Assembly (NCBI GenBank): GCA_965112735.1
Contig: OZ218958.1
Location: 1,612,001-1,676,000 of the forward strand
Direction of reading: 5' to 3'
From: Phaeosaccion multiseriatum
Lineage: Eukaryota > Protista > Ochrophyta, other classes
Length of the DNA: 64,000 nucleotides
The stretch's first letter is position 1, and each line of letters begins with the position of its first letter. Position numbers and translations under genes: made by a program. The notes beneath the pieces were generated by a model, which was not told the origin of the DNA, searched no databases, and saw only the letters and a list, made by a program, of their open reading frames with translations. Positions 22,799 through 35,243 of the stretch are shown here, one piece after another.

Positions 22799-24655
22799 GC
22801 CCGAGAGGCGCTGCCCACGGAGCCGGCCATCTGGCTGACTGCGTGCAAGCTGGAGGAGGCGCAAGACAACGGGGGCGTGGCGGATCGCATCATCGGCAGG
22901 GCCATCGACTTCCTCAAGGCTGAGAAGGTACGGTACCATTACATAACATTTGATAACGTATATCTGTAACGAAAAGTCCTCTTGGATTTCCTCCCCTCCA
23001 AATGAATACAATTGACGTCTTCGAACTCTTTTGGAGGTCATCGAACTAGAATTCCACTTGACTTTGCTCCCCTCCCCCTTCCCTCCAGGTGGTGATAGAC
23101 CGGGATAAGTGGCTGAGGGAGGCGGAGGCGGCAGAGAAGGAAGGCGCGCCCCTCACTTGTGCTGCCGTCGTCAAGAGCACTATTCACATCGGTGAGGGGT
23201 GGAGGGAGGGAGGAAGGGAGGAGGGAGGGAGGGAGGGAGGGAGGGAGAGAGGGAGGGAGGGAGGGAGGAGGAAGGGAGGGAGGGAGGGAGGGGGGGATAG
23301 AGGGAGGGAGGGAGCGAGAGAGGGAGGGGGAGAGGAAGGGAGGGAGGGAGGGGAGGGAAGGAGGGATAGAGGGCGGGAAGGGAGAGAAGGGCGGGAGTGC
23401 GAGAGAGGAGAGTACGAGAGGCAGGATCAGTCAGCGACAAATGCTTTGCGTTGGGGCGTTATGGTACTCAACTCACTCACTCGCTCACTCATTCTCTCCC
23501 TCAACTCACTTGACTGCTTGTCTCCTTTTGCTGCTCTGCTTCTCCCTCTCCTCCAGGCGTGGACGCAGAGGATCGAAAGCGCACGTGGATGGATGACGCG
23601 GAGGCGTGTTTAGCGAGGTGAGAAACGAATTGGATGGCAGGGGATGGCAGGGATGGTAGGGGATGGCAGGGGATGGTAGAGATTGGAAATAGATAACAGG
23701 GGATGGGATGGCAGGGGATGGCAGAGGATGGCAGGGGATAGCGGGGGATGGCAGAGGATGGCAGCGGATGGCAGGGAATGGCCGGGGATGGCAGGGGATG
23801 GCAGGGAATGGCCGGGGACGGCAGGGGATGGCAGGGGATGGCAGGGAATGGCCGGGGATGGCAGGGGATGGCAGGGGATGGTAGAGATTGGCAATAGATA
23901 ACAGGGGATGGGGTGGCAGTGGATGGATGACGCGGAGGCGTGGGCAAGAGGCGAGGTAGATGGCAGTGGATGACACAGAGGTGTGTTTAGCGAGACGATT
24001 TAGATGGCAGGGAGGTTACAGTACAGGACATCAGAGTCCGAGGATCGAGGGTTGAGGTGGGGCAAACTCACACTCACACACACCTCTTACACACACAACA
24101 CACCCACCCATCCACACACTTGCACACACACCCACGCACACGTTGGTGATACAGGGGGTCTGTGGAGACAGCCCGTGCCATTTACGCCTACGCCCTGTCC
24201 GTGTTCCCCACGAAGAAGAGCTTCTGGAAGGCAGCGTGTTCTCTGGAGAAGCATCACGGAGATCACAAGTCTCTCAGGTGAGGGAAGAGAGGGAGGGAGG
24301 AGAGGGAGGAGAAGGAGGGAGGGAAGGAGGGTAGGAGGAGGGAGGGAAAGGAGGGAGGGAGGGATGGAGGGGAGGGGAGGGAAGGAGGGAGGGAGGGAGG
24401 GGAGGGGGGGAGGGGTGGGAAGGAGGGAAGGGAGGGAGTGAGTTAGTGAGTGAGTAGACTGAAACAAACTCTAACTGGGTAACCTGCACCTGCATCTGCC
24501 CACCCCCTCTCCTCCTCCTCCTCCTCCTCCTCCTCCTCCTCCTCCTCCTCCTCCTCCTCCTCCTCCTCCTCCTCCTCCTCCTCCTCCTCGTCCTTCTCCT
24601 CCTCCTCCTCCTCCTCCTCCTCCTCCTCCTCCTCCTCCTCCTCCTCCTCCTCCTC

Positions 24656-24686
<31 letters not shown>

Positions 24687-25586
24687 TCCCCCCCCCTCCT
24701 CCCTCCCTCCCCCCTCCCTCTATCAGTGAGACGCTGGCCCGAGCGGTGTCAGCCTGCCCCAAGGCTGAGGAGCTGTGGCTCATGGCGGCGAAGGAAGCGT
24801 GGGTTGGGGGTGATGTGGAAGGCAGCAGACGGACCCTTGAGACGGCTTTCAAAGCCAATCCGGACTCAGAGCAGGTGTGTGTATGGGGCGAATGACACAT
24901 TCCTTCCCCTCTTCTTTCCTTCCTTCTCCTTTTTACCAACCCATGCAATATGCCAACAAACGATCGACTGCCCACCCATCACACACGCACACACACACGC
25001 ACACACACACGCACTCACACACACACACACACACACACACAGGTGTGGCTGGCGGCGGTGAAGCTCGAGTGGGAGAACGGAGAGTTGGAGAGGGCTCGGC
25101 AGCTCCTTAGTAAGGCAAGGGAGGAAGCCCCCTCGGGTAACACGTGGATGAAGAGTGCCCTCCTGGAGAGGGAGGTGGGGCAGACGGAGAGCGCGCTGGC
25201 CATGATCGATGAGGCCCTCAAGAGGTCAGTCAGTCAGCCTGCCAGTCAGTCAGTCAGTCAGCCTGCCAGTCAGTCAGTCAGTCAGCCTGCCAGTCAGTCA
25301 GTCAGCCAGTCAGTCAGTCAGTCAGTCAGTCAGTCAGTCAGTCAGTCAGTCAGTCAGTCAGCCTGCCAGTCAGTCAGTCAGTAGTCAGACAGTCAGCCTG
25401 TGCCAGTCAGTCAGTCAGTCAGTCAGTCAGTCAGTCAGTCAGTCAGTCAGTCAGTGCACTCAGTGCTGCTCAGAGCTCAGTCCAGTGTTCGGTGCCTTGA
25501 GCTTAGTGTCCCCCCCCTCCCCCCCCCCCCGCCCGCCTGTCTGCCTGTCTGCCTGGCTGCCTGCCTGCCTCCCTGCCTACCTACCT

Positions 25587-25622
<36 letters not shown>

Positions 25623-27223
25623 ACCTGCCTGCCTGCCTGCCTACCCTTCATCCCCCAACACTCACACCCCAAATCCCCAAACCCTGTCTTGCACAGATTT
25701 CCGGGCTTCTACAAATTCTACCTCATGGGCGGGCAATGCTGTCTCATCCTCGGGGCAGAAGCCAAAGCAGAGGCAACCGCCAAGGCAGCGCGGATGGCAG
25801 CAGAAGGCGGAGGGACAGAGGCCAGCAGAGCGACGATTGCAGCTGAGGCGCAAGAGGCTGAGGCCAAGTGCACGCAGAGGGCCCGGGAGTATCTATCGAG
25901 CGGCCTACGGCGATGTCCGAGTTGCTTGCCACTTTGGGTTCATGCCGCCAAGTTGGAGGAGGGGGCGGTGGGGGCCAACAAGGTGAGGGAGAGAGGGAGG
26001 CAGGGGGTGGGGTCCGGGGCATGTGGACTCAGATATATGTATATAAGGAGAGAGAGGGAGATGGAAAGAGAGCGAGAGAGAGAGAGACGTATGGGCAGAA
26101 AGAGAGAAAAAGGCCCTTAGAGAGTGCAGAGTGAGGATGGGGTGGGATGAGTGCTGTCGTGCTATGGGATAAGAGAGAGAGAGAGAGAGCAGGGCGTGCA
26201 TGGGATGGGTGGTGGCCTGTGCTACATATGTGCTGTGCTCATTGCCCGTCAGCGTGGCCTACCCTCACAGAGATGCGATGCGCGCACCAGCGCGTGTGTG
26301 TGTGTGTGTGTGTGCATCTCCGTCTCTGTCCATCCTCACCATCCCCACCCCCTTCCCCTACCCCCCGCCCCGCCCCCACCCTCCTCCTTCTCCTTCTCCT
26401 CCTCCTCCTCCTCCTCCTCCTCCTCCTCCTCCTCCTCCTCCTCCTCCTCCTCCTCCTCCTCCTCCTCCTCCTCCTCCTCCTCCTCCTCCTCCTCCTCCTC
26501 CTCCTCCTCCTCCTCCTCCTCCTCCTCCTCCTCCTCCTCCTCCTCCTCCTCCTCCTCCTCCTCCTCCTCCTCCTCCTCCTCCTCCCCCTCCTCCTCCTCC
26601 TCCTTAGGCGAGGTCAATGCTGGAGCTCGGTCGTCTTCGCAACCCCGCCTCCCCCTTGCTGTGGCTCGAAGCCGTCCGACTGGAGAGGAGGGCAGGACAG
26701 CTCAAGGCGGCAGAGAACTTGATGGCCATGGTTAGTGACAAGAGGAGATGGCAGTGGATGGATAGATGGATCAATAGATGCATGCAGGCAGGCAGGCAGG
26801 CAGGCAGGCAGAGGGAGGCAGCCGGAGAGGGCCCATGTGTGCGTGTGTGCGTGCGTGAGTGCGTGTGTGTGTGCGTGCGTGCCTGTGTGTGTCTAAGTGT
26901 GTCTAAGCGGTTTTGTGTCCACGTCTCCTCTCCCTGCGCCCCGTGTTGCCCCCCCCCCATCCTCTGCCATCCCTGCCATCCACTGCCATCCCAGGCCCTG
27001 CAGGAGTGCCCCGAGGCGGGCATGCTCTGGGCAGAGGAGATCTCCTCCGTGCCAAGGGCCGTACAGAAGAGCCGCTCTGTAGAGGTGGGTCGAGATCGTT
27101 CTCTCTCTCTCCCTCTCTCTCACACACTCTCTCTCTCTCTCTGTCTCTCTGTCTCTCTGTCTCTCTGTCTCTCTCTCTGTCTCTCCCTCTCTCTCTCTCT
27201 CACACACTCTCTTTCTCTCTCTT

Positions 27224-27307
<84 letters not shown>

Positions 27308-28558
27308 TCTCTTTCTGTCTCACTCCTCTCTCAGTCTCTATCGTATGTCTGCCTCAGTGTGAATGTCTGTGTCAGTCAGGCGATGTCCTGTCACTGTCCT
27401 GTCACTGTCCTGTCACTGTCCTGTCACTGTCCTGTCGCTGTCCTGTCGCTGTCCTGTCCTATCACCGCCTTTTCGACGGACGATAGAGGGGAGGGAGAGG
27501 GGAGGGAGAGGGGAGGGGACCCGCGGTGGTGCTTGAGACTAACGAAGTGCTGCCCTGTTCTCGCTGCCCTGTTCTCGCTGCCCTGCTCCGTCCCTCCCTC
27601 CCCTCTCCCTCCCCCCGTCCCTCCCTCCATCCCTCCCTCCCTCCCTCCCTCCCTCCCTCCCTCCCTCCCTCTCTCCCTCCCTCCCTGCCCCCCTCCCTTC
27701 CTTCATCCTTCGTCCCTCCTCCCTCCCTCCTCGCTCCCTCCCCTCCCCGACAGGCGCTGAAGCGATGCGACACCGACCCCAGCGTGATCACCGCGGTGGC
27801 TCGCCTGCTCGCTTCTGATCGCAAGCACAGCAAAGCTCGCAAGTGGTTCAATAGGGCAGTCGCGCTCAATCCCGACCTGGGGGACGCGTGGGTGAGTGTG
27901 TGAGTGAGGGAGTGAGTGGGTGGGTGAGTGAGTGTGGGCGAATTGAGTGAGTGAGTGAGTGAGTCAGTGAGCCAGTGAGTGAGTGAGTGAGTGAGTGAGT
28001 GAGTGAGTGAGTGAGTGAGTGAGTGAGTGAGTGAGTGAGTGAGTGAGTGAGTGAGTGAGTGAGTGAGTGGGTGAGGGAGTGAGGGACGGGGCTATGCGAG
28101 GCGTGTGTACCGGATGTTTGATGTTTGCATTTCTTCTCCTCCTTGTCTCACTCTTTATTGGCCCCCCAGACGACGCCCCTAAACCCAACACCCACACACC
28201 CACCCACCCACCCGCCCACCCATCCACGCACGCGCCCACCCCACCCCGGGGTTGCTTGCGTGCCACTCCCACCCTATGCATCGCATCCATGCCATAGGCT
28301 GCCTTCTACGCCTTTGAGCTTCAACACGGCACGAGTGAGCAAGCTGCCGACGTGCTCAAGAGATGCCTCGCCGCGGAGCCCCGGCACGGGGAGCTCTGGA
28401 CAAACGTCAGCAAGAGCCTCCCTTGTCTCAAGCAACGCTGGGATCGAGCCACCATTCTCAAGAAGGTGGTGGTGGACTCGTTTGGCGGAAGCGCAAGCCC
28501 TGCCTCTGCCTCTGCAGCTACCGCGCCTGCTGCGGCTGCTGCGGTTGGGGCTGTGTAG
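17925..28558 (+). CDS. PRPF6: Pre-mRNA splicing factor PRP6 (U5-102K), about 19 exons
   Basis: [84 protein letters not shown], then HAT/TPR repeats to PDLGDAWA and [13 protein letters not shown] introns. Confidence 0.97.
23630..23915. repeat. 10-bp GGGATGGCAG-type tandem array in a PRP6 intron
   Basis: Directly visible degenerate decamer array. Confidence 0.9.
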
Positions 28559-28575
28559 ATGGGTGTAGGGTACCG

Positions 28576-28617
<42 letters not shown>

Positions 28618-30138
28618 CCATCACCACGTCCTCATGCAGCCGACAGTATCGGCCCTTTGCATTGCCGCTGCAGCTGCTGCTGCTGTCGGTACCCTACACC
28701 ACCTCCTCATGCAGCCGACAGTATCGGCCCTTTGCAGTGCCCCGCGCTTCTGTGCTTGAGGGGGGCCATCCATGCCCCTTCCTTCCCGAAGGATGAGCGG
28801 TGCAGGGATGGAAGGGGAGGCAAGTGGAGGGGGGATGGGAGGGGAGGGGAGGGGAGGGGCTGGAGGCGACGCAGGCGAGAGAGGGAGAGAGGGGAGTAGC
28901 GCGTTGTCATGGGCGCCGCATGGAGAGGAGGAGAAGGAGATGCGCAGACTGGGCTGCGAGTGCTTTGATATCGAGTCTTATGCGCTGGATGGAGGGGACT
29001 GCTGCTTCGACAGAGTGAACGGTTCCGTTCCTTCCTCTCCTTCCTGGCTTAGGCTAGTTGTGGTTGGATCGATATAATATCGACGTCGTGATGGTTGTGG
29101 GTAGTCATCGAAGCTCTGCTGCTTCTCGAAATGCCTCGTCGTCATGTGTGCATAGACGCCCCTAGTCTCAACCACAGCAACAACAGGACCAGCGTCGATT
29201 TATTGGTTAAAATCACTCACTCACTCACTAACTCACTAACTAACTCACTAACTCACTAACTCACTCACTCACTCACTCACTCACTGACTCACTCACTTAC
29301 TCACTCACTGACTCACTCCCTGACTCACTCACTCGCTCACTCACTCACTCACTCACTCACCCACTCACTCACTCACTCGCTCACTGGTATACGCACTTGA
29401 CAAGGAACGAAAGCAAAATCCCGCCACACTTGGATTACCTTTGACCGAAGCCCAGCAGTCCGGAAGAAGCACTTGCTGGATGTGCAAAACTCGCCTCTGT
29501 GACTCTGTGGCCCAATGTTAGAGGCTCACAACAAGCAAGCTCGAGGTCAGCATAACTCTCCAGCAGGCACAGGCCATGGACGTAGGGACAAGCAAGGTGG
29601 GAGCGAGGAATGTACTACAAAGGGCCGGAAGAATTGCTTTTCTGATGCTATTCTTTCCTTCTTTTCTCACGAGCATAGTCCTCCCCTCTTCACAGCCATG
29701 TCTCAGCGTGTATTGACTCCATTGTTATTCATCGCTTCAATCAACGAGGGCAGCGACCTCCTCTTTTCTTCGCCGTTGTGCTTCGATCCTTCATCGCTTG
29801 TCGCACAACTGGAACATCGCCTTAAGCAAGCTGCCGCTCGTGGCTGGGCCCTCTCACACTGCACCACCACACCATACGCACAACACTTTTCACCACACAG
29901 AAGGAAGCAGCAACAGCCCAACGAGCACTCGCTGCTCCCACAAATTGAACTCGTACACGACCGGAAGGAAGGGTGAGAGTGAGCTTGGATGGAGAGTCCC
30001 TTTGTTGGGTGCCATCACGGGCCTCACTTACCACGGCACACCCCACCCACAACCCACACCACACCACCCCACATGAACACACCACGCGACAAAGAAAGAA
30101 GCAGCAATCATATTCACTCACCCAACCACTCCACTCAC

Positions 30139-30376
30139 CTCGCCCTTGGAGATGCCAAAGCTGAGGCCGTTCACTGCCACCACCTTGGCTGCCTCGCTCC
30201 CCCTTGCTTTCACCGAGGCATTTGGATAGACCTTTCGTAGCCTCTCCAGCCGCACCACATCCTTCGCTGCTGCTGACTCTCCTGATAAGACCCTTGACTC
30301 TTCACGGAGGACGTCGATGTCGTCGTCGGAGGGAGGCAGGGGGAGACGGAGGGGTGGCGGAGGAGGATGTGGTGTC
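30139..30376 (-). pseudogene. Orphan exon of an ABCA-subfamily transporter (start of the nucleotide-binding domain)
   Basis: cccgcag acceptor and gtgagt donor flank DDDIDVLREESRVLSG...VVRLERLRKVY...VVAVNGLSFGISKGE. No Walker A exon (CFGLLGxNGAGK) is found nearby. Confidence 0.75.
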
Positions 30377-30599
30377 TGCGGGAAGAAGGGGGAGGGGAAG
30401 TGGGGAGGGGGGGGGGGGGTGGAGGGGAGAGGGAGGGGGGTGAGAGAGCGACGAGAGGGAGGGGGGGAGGGAGGGAGGGAAGGGAGAGAGAGGGGGGGCG
30501 CAGCGACATTTTTGGCGAGTTAGCTAAAAGGGCCCCCTTGCTTTGGCAAAAATACGCACCCCCCTGGATTTCCTGTCTTTGTTTTCTCCCCCCCCGCGC

Positions 30600-31684
30600 G
30601 AGCCATTCGAATCGAGATGGCGACGCGGCGGCAGTGCCCTGCCTCCTCGCCCGCCCTTCGCGGATGAGCTGCGGAAGTGGCGCGACAATGGGTTCGCCAT
30701 GGAGACGGTGATGGCGGCCGGGGACGCCCAATTCGGGAAAGAGAAGTGGGAGAAAGGCAACGGCCGGACCAGCCTTCGTCAAGTACCTCTTTTCGGAGGC
30801 GGAGGCGGAGGAGGCCCACGCCCTTTCCCCGCCCCCGGAGCTTCGGCCATCCTCAAGTACGGCCGCGGTCCGCCGCCGTCACCGCCCGCTCGGACACTCG
30901 GCGAGCGCGGACACTCTCAGCGACGACTCGGAGAGTGGGATGGATGCATGTCGACGGAGCTGCCCACGGGGAGGAGCTCTCCCAGCCGATGTCGCAGCTT
31001 TCCGTGGACGAGGGGGGTGGGGAGCAAAGGGCCGTACAGAAGAGGCCGCGATCAGCGTCAGGGGACGAGTCCAACGGCAGGTCCCTCGTGGACGCCATAC
31101 TAGACACGGAGGGCTCGGAGGAGGAGTGCGACATTGGTCTTGACCTTGACGTCTCGGGCCACTCGCAGAGGGACGAGGAGACGGATCCTGACACCCCGGC
31201 CTTCCGGGATGTGTTTGGCGACACCAATGTCCAAGGCACGAACGACGCGCTCCGGGCTGTGGTTGAGAAGGCGGTCATCCCGGCGCATGGGGGGCTGGAC
31301 AAAGTGCACGCCTCCTTTGTGACCATGCAGTACCCCCCTGGCAAAAGGGGTTGCAAGTATCAGAACATCCACGAGTTTCTGCAAAACGTCGAGGCCGAGG
31401 GGAGCGAAGGCGAAGGGGGCGAAGCTGGTCATGTATTCGAATGTATGCCGCCAGCATCGAGAAGAAGAAGACGGGCCAACCCCACGCCCATGTTCTCGTG
31501 GTCCTGGCCAGTGACGGGGACACAAACGTGCACACAATTGCGCGCCAGCCAGTGAATGCAGGAGCTCAAGCGGCGGTGGGTGAAGCACGGAGGCTCAGCG
31601 GCCTTCAGTCGGTTCCGGCCCCAGCCCATCACCAACCTGGAGGCAGACATCATGGCCCACAACATCATCGTGGTCCTCATCTAG
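30600..31684 (+). mobile_element. Decayed HUH-endonuclease (rolling-circle Rep-like) gene; transposon or endogenous ssDNA-virus relic
   Basis: Removing small insertions joins ASFVTMQYPP (motif I-like, 31316) to LVMYAASIEKKKTGQPHAHVLVVL (HUH motif II; H-A-H at 31483-31491). It is intronless, unlike neighbouring genes. A mirrored partial copy lies on the minus strand at 31685-32200. Confidence 0.65.
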
Positions 31685-32427
31685 GATGAGGACCACGATG
31701 ATGTTGTGGGCCATGATGTCTGCCTCCAGGTTGGTGATGGGCTGGGGCCGGAACCTGATAACCTGATGTCTGCCTCCAGGTTGGTGATGGGCTGGGGCCG
31801 GAACCGACTGAAGGCCGCTGAGCCTCCGTGCTTCACCCACCGCCGCTTGAGCTCCTGCATCCACTGGCTGGCGCGCAATTGCGTGCACGTTTGTGCCCCT
31901 GTCACTGGCCAGGACCACGAGAACATGGGCGTGGGGTTGGCCCGGCCGTACTTGAGGATGGCCGAAGCTCCGGGGGCGGGGAAGGGGCGTGGGCCTCCTC
32001 CGCCTCCGCCTCCGAAAAGAGGTACTTGACGAAGGCTGGTCCGTTGCCTTTCTCCCACTTCTCTTTCCCGAATTGGGCGTCCCCGGCCGCCATCACCGTC
32101 TCCATGGCGAACCCATTGTCGCGCCACTTCCGCAGCTCATCCGCGAAGGGCGGGCGAGGAGGCTGGGCACTGCCGCCGCGTCGCCATCTCGATTCGAATG
32201 GCTCGCGCGGGAGAGAAGAAAGACAGGAAATCCAGGGGGGTGCGTATTTTTGCCAAAGCAAGGGGGCCCTTAGCTAACTCGCCAAAAATGTCGCTGCGCC
32301 CCCCCTCTCTCTCCCTTCCCTCCCTCCCTCCCCCCCTCCCTCTCGTCGCTCTCTCACCCCCCTCCCTCTCCCCTCCACCCCCCCCCCGCGCCCCCCTCCC
32401 CACTTCCCCTCCCCCTTCTTCCCGCAG

Positions 32428-32662
32428 ACACCAGCCACATCCTCCTCCGCCACCCCTCCGTCTCCCCCCCTCCTCCCCCCGACGACATCAACGTCCTCCG
32501 TGAAGAGTCAAGGGTCTTATCAGGAGAGTCAGCAGCAGCGAAGGATGTGGTGCGGCTGGAGAGGCTACGAAAGGTCTATCCAAATGCCTCGGTGAAAGCA
32601 AGGGGGAGGCAGCCAAGGTGGTGGCAGTGAACGGCCTCAGCTTTGGCATCTCCAAGGGCGAG
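32428..32662 (+). pseudogene. Second, more decayed copy of the ABCA exon in the right palindrome arm
   Basis: Reverse complement of 30139-30376 with small indels. Confidence 0.7.
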
Positions 32663-32875
32663 GTGAGTGGAGTGGATGGGTGAGTGGATATGTGTGTGTG
32701 ACTGAGTGGCACGGGAAGCGTGCAGCGGACGAAATATGTAGCTATTTAATAAAATGTTGGGATGCATCGGTTTGGTAGCTAGATAGTACGGGAAAGGGGG
32801 GCGGGAAGGCCCCAACCTCTCAACCCACTCAGTTAGTTGGTTGGTTACTTAGTTAGTTCTCCACTAGTTAGTTCA

Positions 32876-34929
32876 CTAGTTCTCCACAAAGGGCGGCACC
32901 TGGCCTTGGCCACTGCTATCGAAGATGCCCTCCTTCCTCCTCGACGCGAAGTGCTGTTTGGGTGCCTCCCACGCGCCCACGTCTGGACTGCTGTGCTGCG
33001 ATGTCCCTGGGCGACCCCCTCCCCCTCCATAGCCCGGGCCGGGGTTGTTCTCTCTGAAGCGGGGTGTGGAGTAGAACTGACTAGTCTGGTGGTAGCTGAA
33101 GGAGTCGGCCTCTGGCTTGTGCAGGCAGCTCATCCCACCTCCCCCTTCCCCTCCTCCATCTCCTCCTCCTTCTTGTCCCCCTTCGTCCTCCTCGTGACAG
33201 AAGACCCAGGACAGCACGTCGTGCTTCGCCCACGCCTTTCCCGTGGAGCTCGTAAAGCCCACGTAGGCAGTGTCTTGCGCGAGCCCGAGGAGATGCGGGA
33301 GGTTGAGGGGTATGGCGAGGAGGGGAGTATCGGTGTATACCCCATTGTCTACCCACACCTATAGGCATATGGGTAGCAGGCAAAGATAGGGGGGTCAAAG
33401 GGGTTCAGTTCGGGGGGTGAGCGAGTGGACTGACTGGATGGCTACGGAGAGGGTTTGGGTCCAGCAAAGGGGGAGGGAAGTGAGTCACCACTCTCCGCCA
33501 GACCACTACTTCAACGTCACACATAAAATTGTAACTACTTCCCAACGGAACTACTTGGACTATTTAACTACTCAACCGCGACCTACTTGACTACTCAACG
33601 TACCACCAACGTGCCAAGCCGTCGCTGCTCGCCTGCGTCCACCACGTAGGGCTCCAGGGCCGGGGAGAAGGTGAAGCTGCTGATGTATTGTGTGGCGAGG
33701 TGGTCAAAGTAACACACCTTGATCTGAGGGTTGGGTATATATTATGTATGTGTGTGTGTGTGTGTGTGAGGGAGGAGGATGTGGGGGTGGGGGTGGGGTG
33801 GCGGCGTGTGTCTGTGTGTGTGTGTGTGTGTGTGTCTCCCTCTATCTCTCTCTCTGTCTCTGTGTGTGTGTATAGAAACCTCCATCTACTTACAACACGC
33901 ACGCACGCACGCGCACACACACGTTCTCCACCCTGTTGCCCCCTCCCTCCTTCGTTGACTTACCAAGTGATGCTTGCCGTCCCCGAGGTCGACAGCTCTG
34001 GGGGTTCCCAGCTCCGTAAAAGCCAAGGCGGAGTTGTTCCCACCGCTAGCACTGCCACTACTACTAGCCCTTACGCTGTTTCCACCCGAGTGGATGGCCA
34101 CATGATCATATAGGAGGTCACTGCTGTTGGTCCCCGCATTGTACCACATGTCGAGCTCCACGGCGAGCGAGTTCTGAATGCCTCCATAGCCCATCTGCTG
34201 GCCGCTCTCCCCGAGTGCTACTGCCTCCTGCGGGTCTCCATGGAGCACAAACGCCAGGCCATCCCCCCCCCGCACGCTGCAGCTTCGGTGCCTGGCAGTG
34301 CTAAAGTAAGGGTCCCTGTGCTCTGTGCAGTGGCGGCTGTGGTCCGTCACCTGAAACGTGAACATGGTCTCGAAGCCCCGGGTCACCGTCACTGGCTGGT
34401 CGTACCACATGGCCCCCGCCTTGCCTGGCAGGGATGGCGTCAAGCGGGCGCGATTCCTGCACCGCTTGCTGGCAGCGTCGGGTGACTCCCGGATCTCTCT
34501 TCGATGACCAAAGGCAGCCTGACCGTCCGAGATGGCCTGCAGCTCATCCTGGGAGTTGGTCACTGTCGTGGTCGTCACCCAGCTGTCCGGTGTCTCCCCC
34601 ACTTCTTCGGGTAGAGAGCCAAGGAAAGTATCTCCGTCGCCTTGCACGTCACCGTACGACAGAGAGGACATGTTCACACAGGCGGAGGTGGTGGCACTAC
34701 CCACAAAGCTGAGGCCGAGCGTGTCGTTAAAGTCCACATAGACAAAGTCCGCCCGTGCAAGCAGCCTCCCTCTCCCTTGAAACGATGCGGTCAGCTGCAA
34801 GGCGACGATGCACCAAAAGACCCCGCGCAGCGTCATCGCCCTGCGGCTGCTACTGCTTCTACTATTACTGCTGCTGCTGCTACTGCTTCTTGCATAACCT
34901 GCGTTGCGGCGCCTGCTGAGGAGCGGCAT
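32876..34929 (-). CDS. Legume (L-type) lectin / ConA-like domain protein, probably secreted; exons 34929-33964, 33723-33604, 33358-32876
   Basis: RLTPSLPGKAGAMWY, GFETMFTFQV, GGDGLAFVLH, GYGGIQNSLAVELDMWYN, AYVGFTSSTG and HDVLSW are Lectin_legB motifs. Hydrophobic signal-like segment near the N-terminus. Confidence 0.88.
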
Positions 34930-35243
34930 ATTTTCTCTCCCTTCTCTATGACTACAGCTGGTAGGAGGAGCGGTGGGGCCACAGCTGCAAGAGAGTGGTG
35001 GGGCCACAGCTGCAAGACTTAGTGGTGGTGGTGGTGGTGGTGGTAGATTTTCGAGTCCAGGGGGTAGCGGTGGTGGTGGTGGGTGGAGGAGGAGGAGGAG
35101 GAGGAGGAGGAGAAGGGGGGGGAGAAAGATGTAGAGTCCCCTTCCGTATCCCTTCCGCCTAACGGCCCGCCATCTGTGATAACGATCGAAGCGCCAACAA
35201 GCCAGCCAGACCACAGGTGTGTCGTCTGGGCGTCTGAGAGAAG

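Larger units (their letters stand above)
30109..32692. repeat. Long inverted duplication (fold-back palindrome); left arm 30109-31681, loop TAG 31682-31684, right arm 31685-32692 with a ~608-bp deletion
   Basis: Centre reads gtggtcctcatc-tag-gatgaggaccac. Arms align out to catattcactca (30109) and tgagtggatatg (32692). Confidence 0.95.

Noticed and set aside
29400-30100. ORFs left of the palindrome, including a weak BspA/LRR-like EALAGCAKLASVTLWPN
   Set aside because: A single weak match with no coherent gene model; no further ABCA exons identified.
30420-30600. CRESS-virus origin stem-loop upstream of the HUH frame
   Set aside because: Only short palindromes (ttagctaa, aagggccccctt) are present; no TAATATTAC/TAGTATTAC-type nonanucleotide was found.
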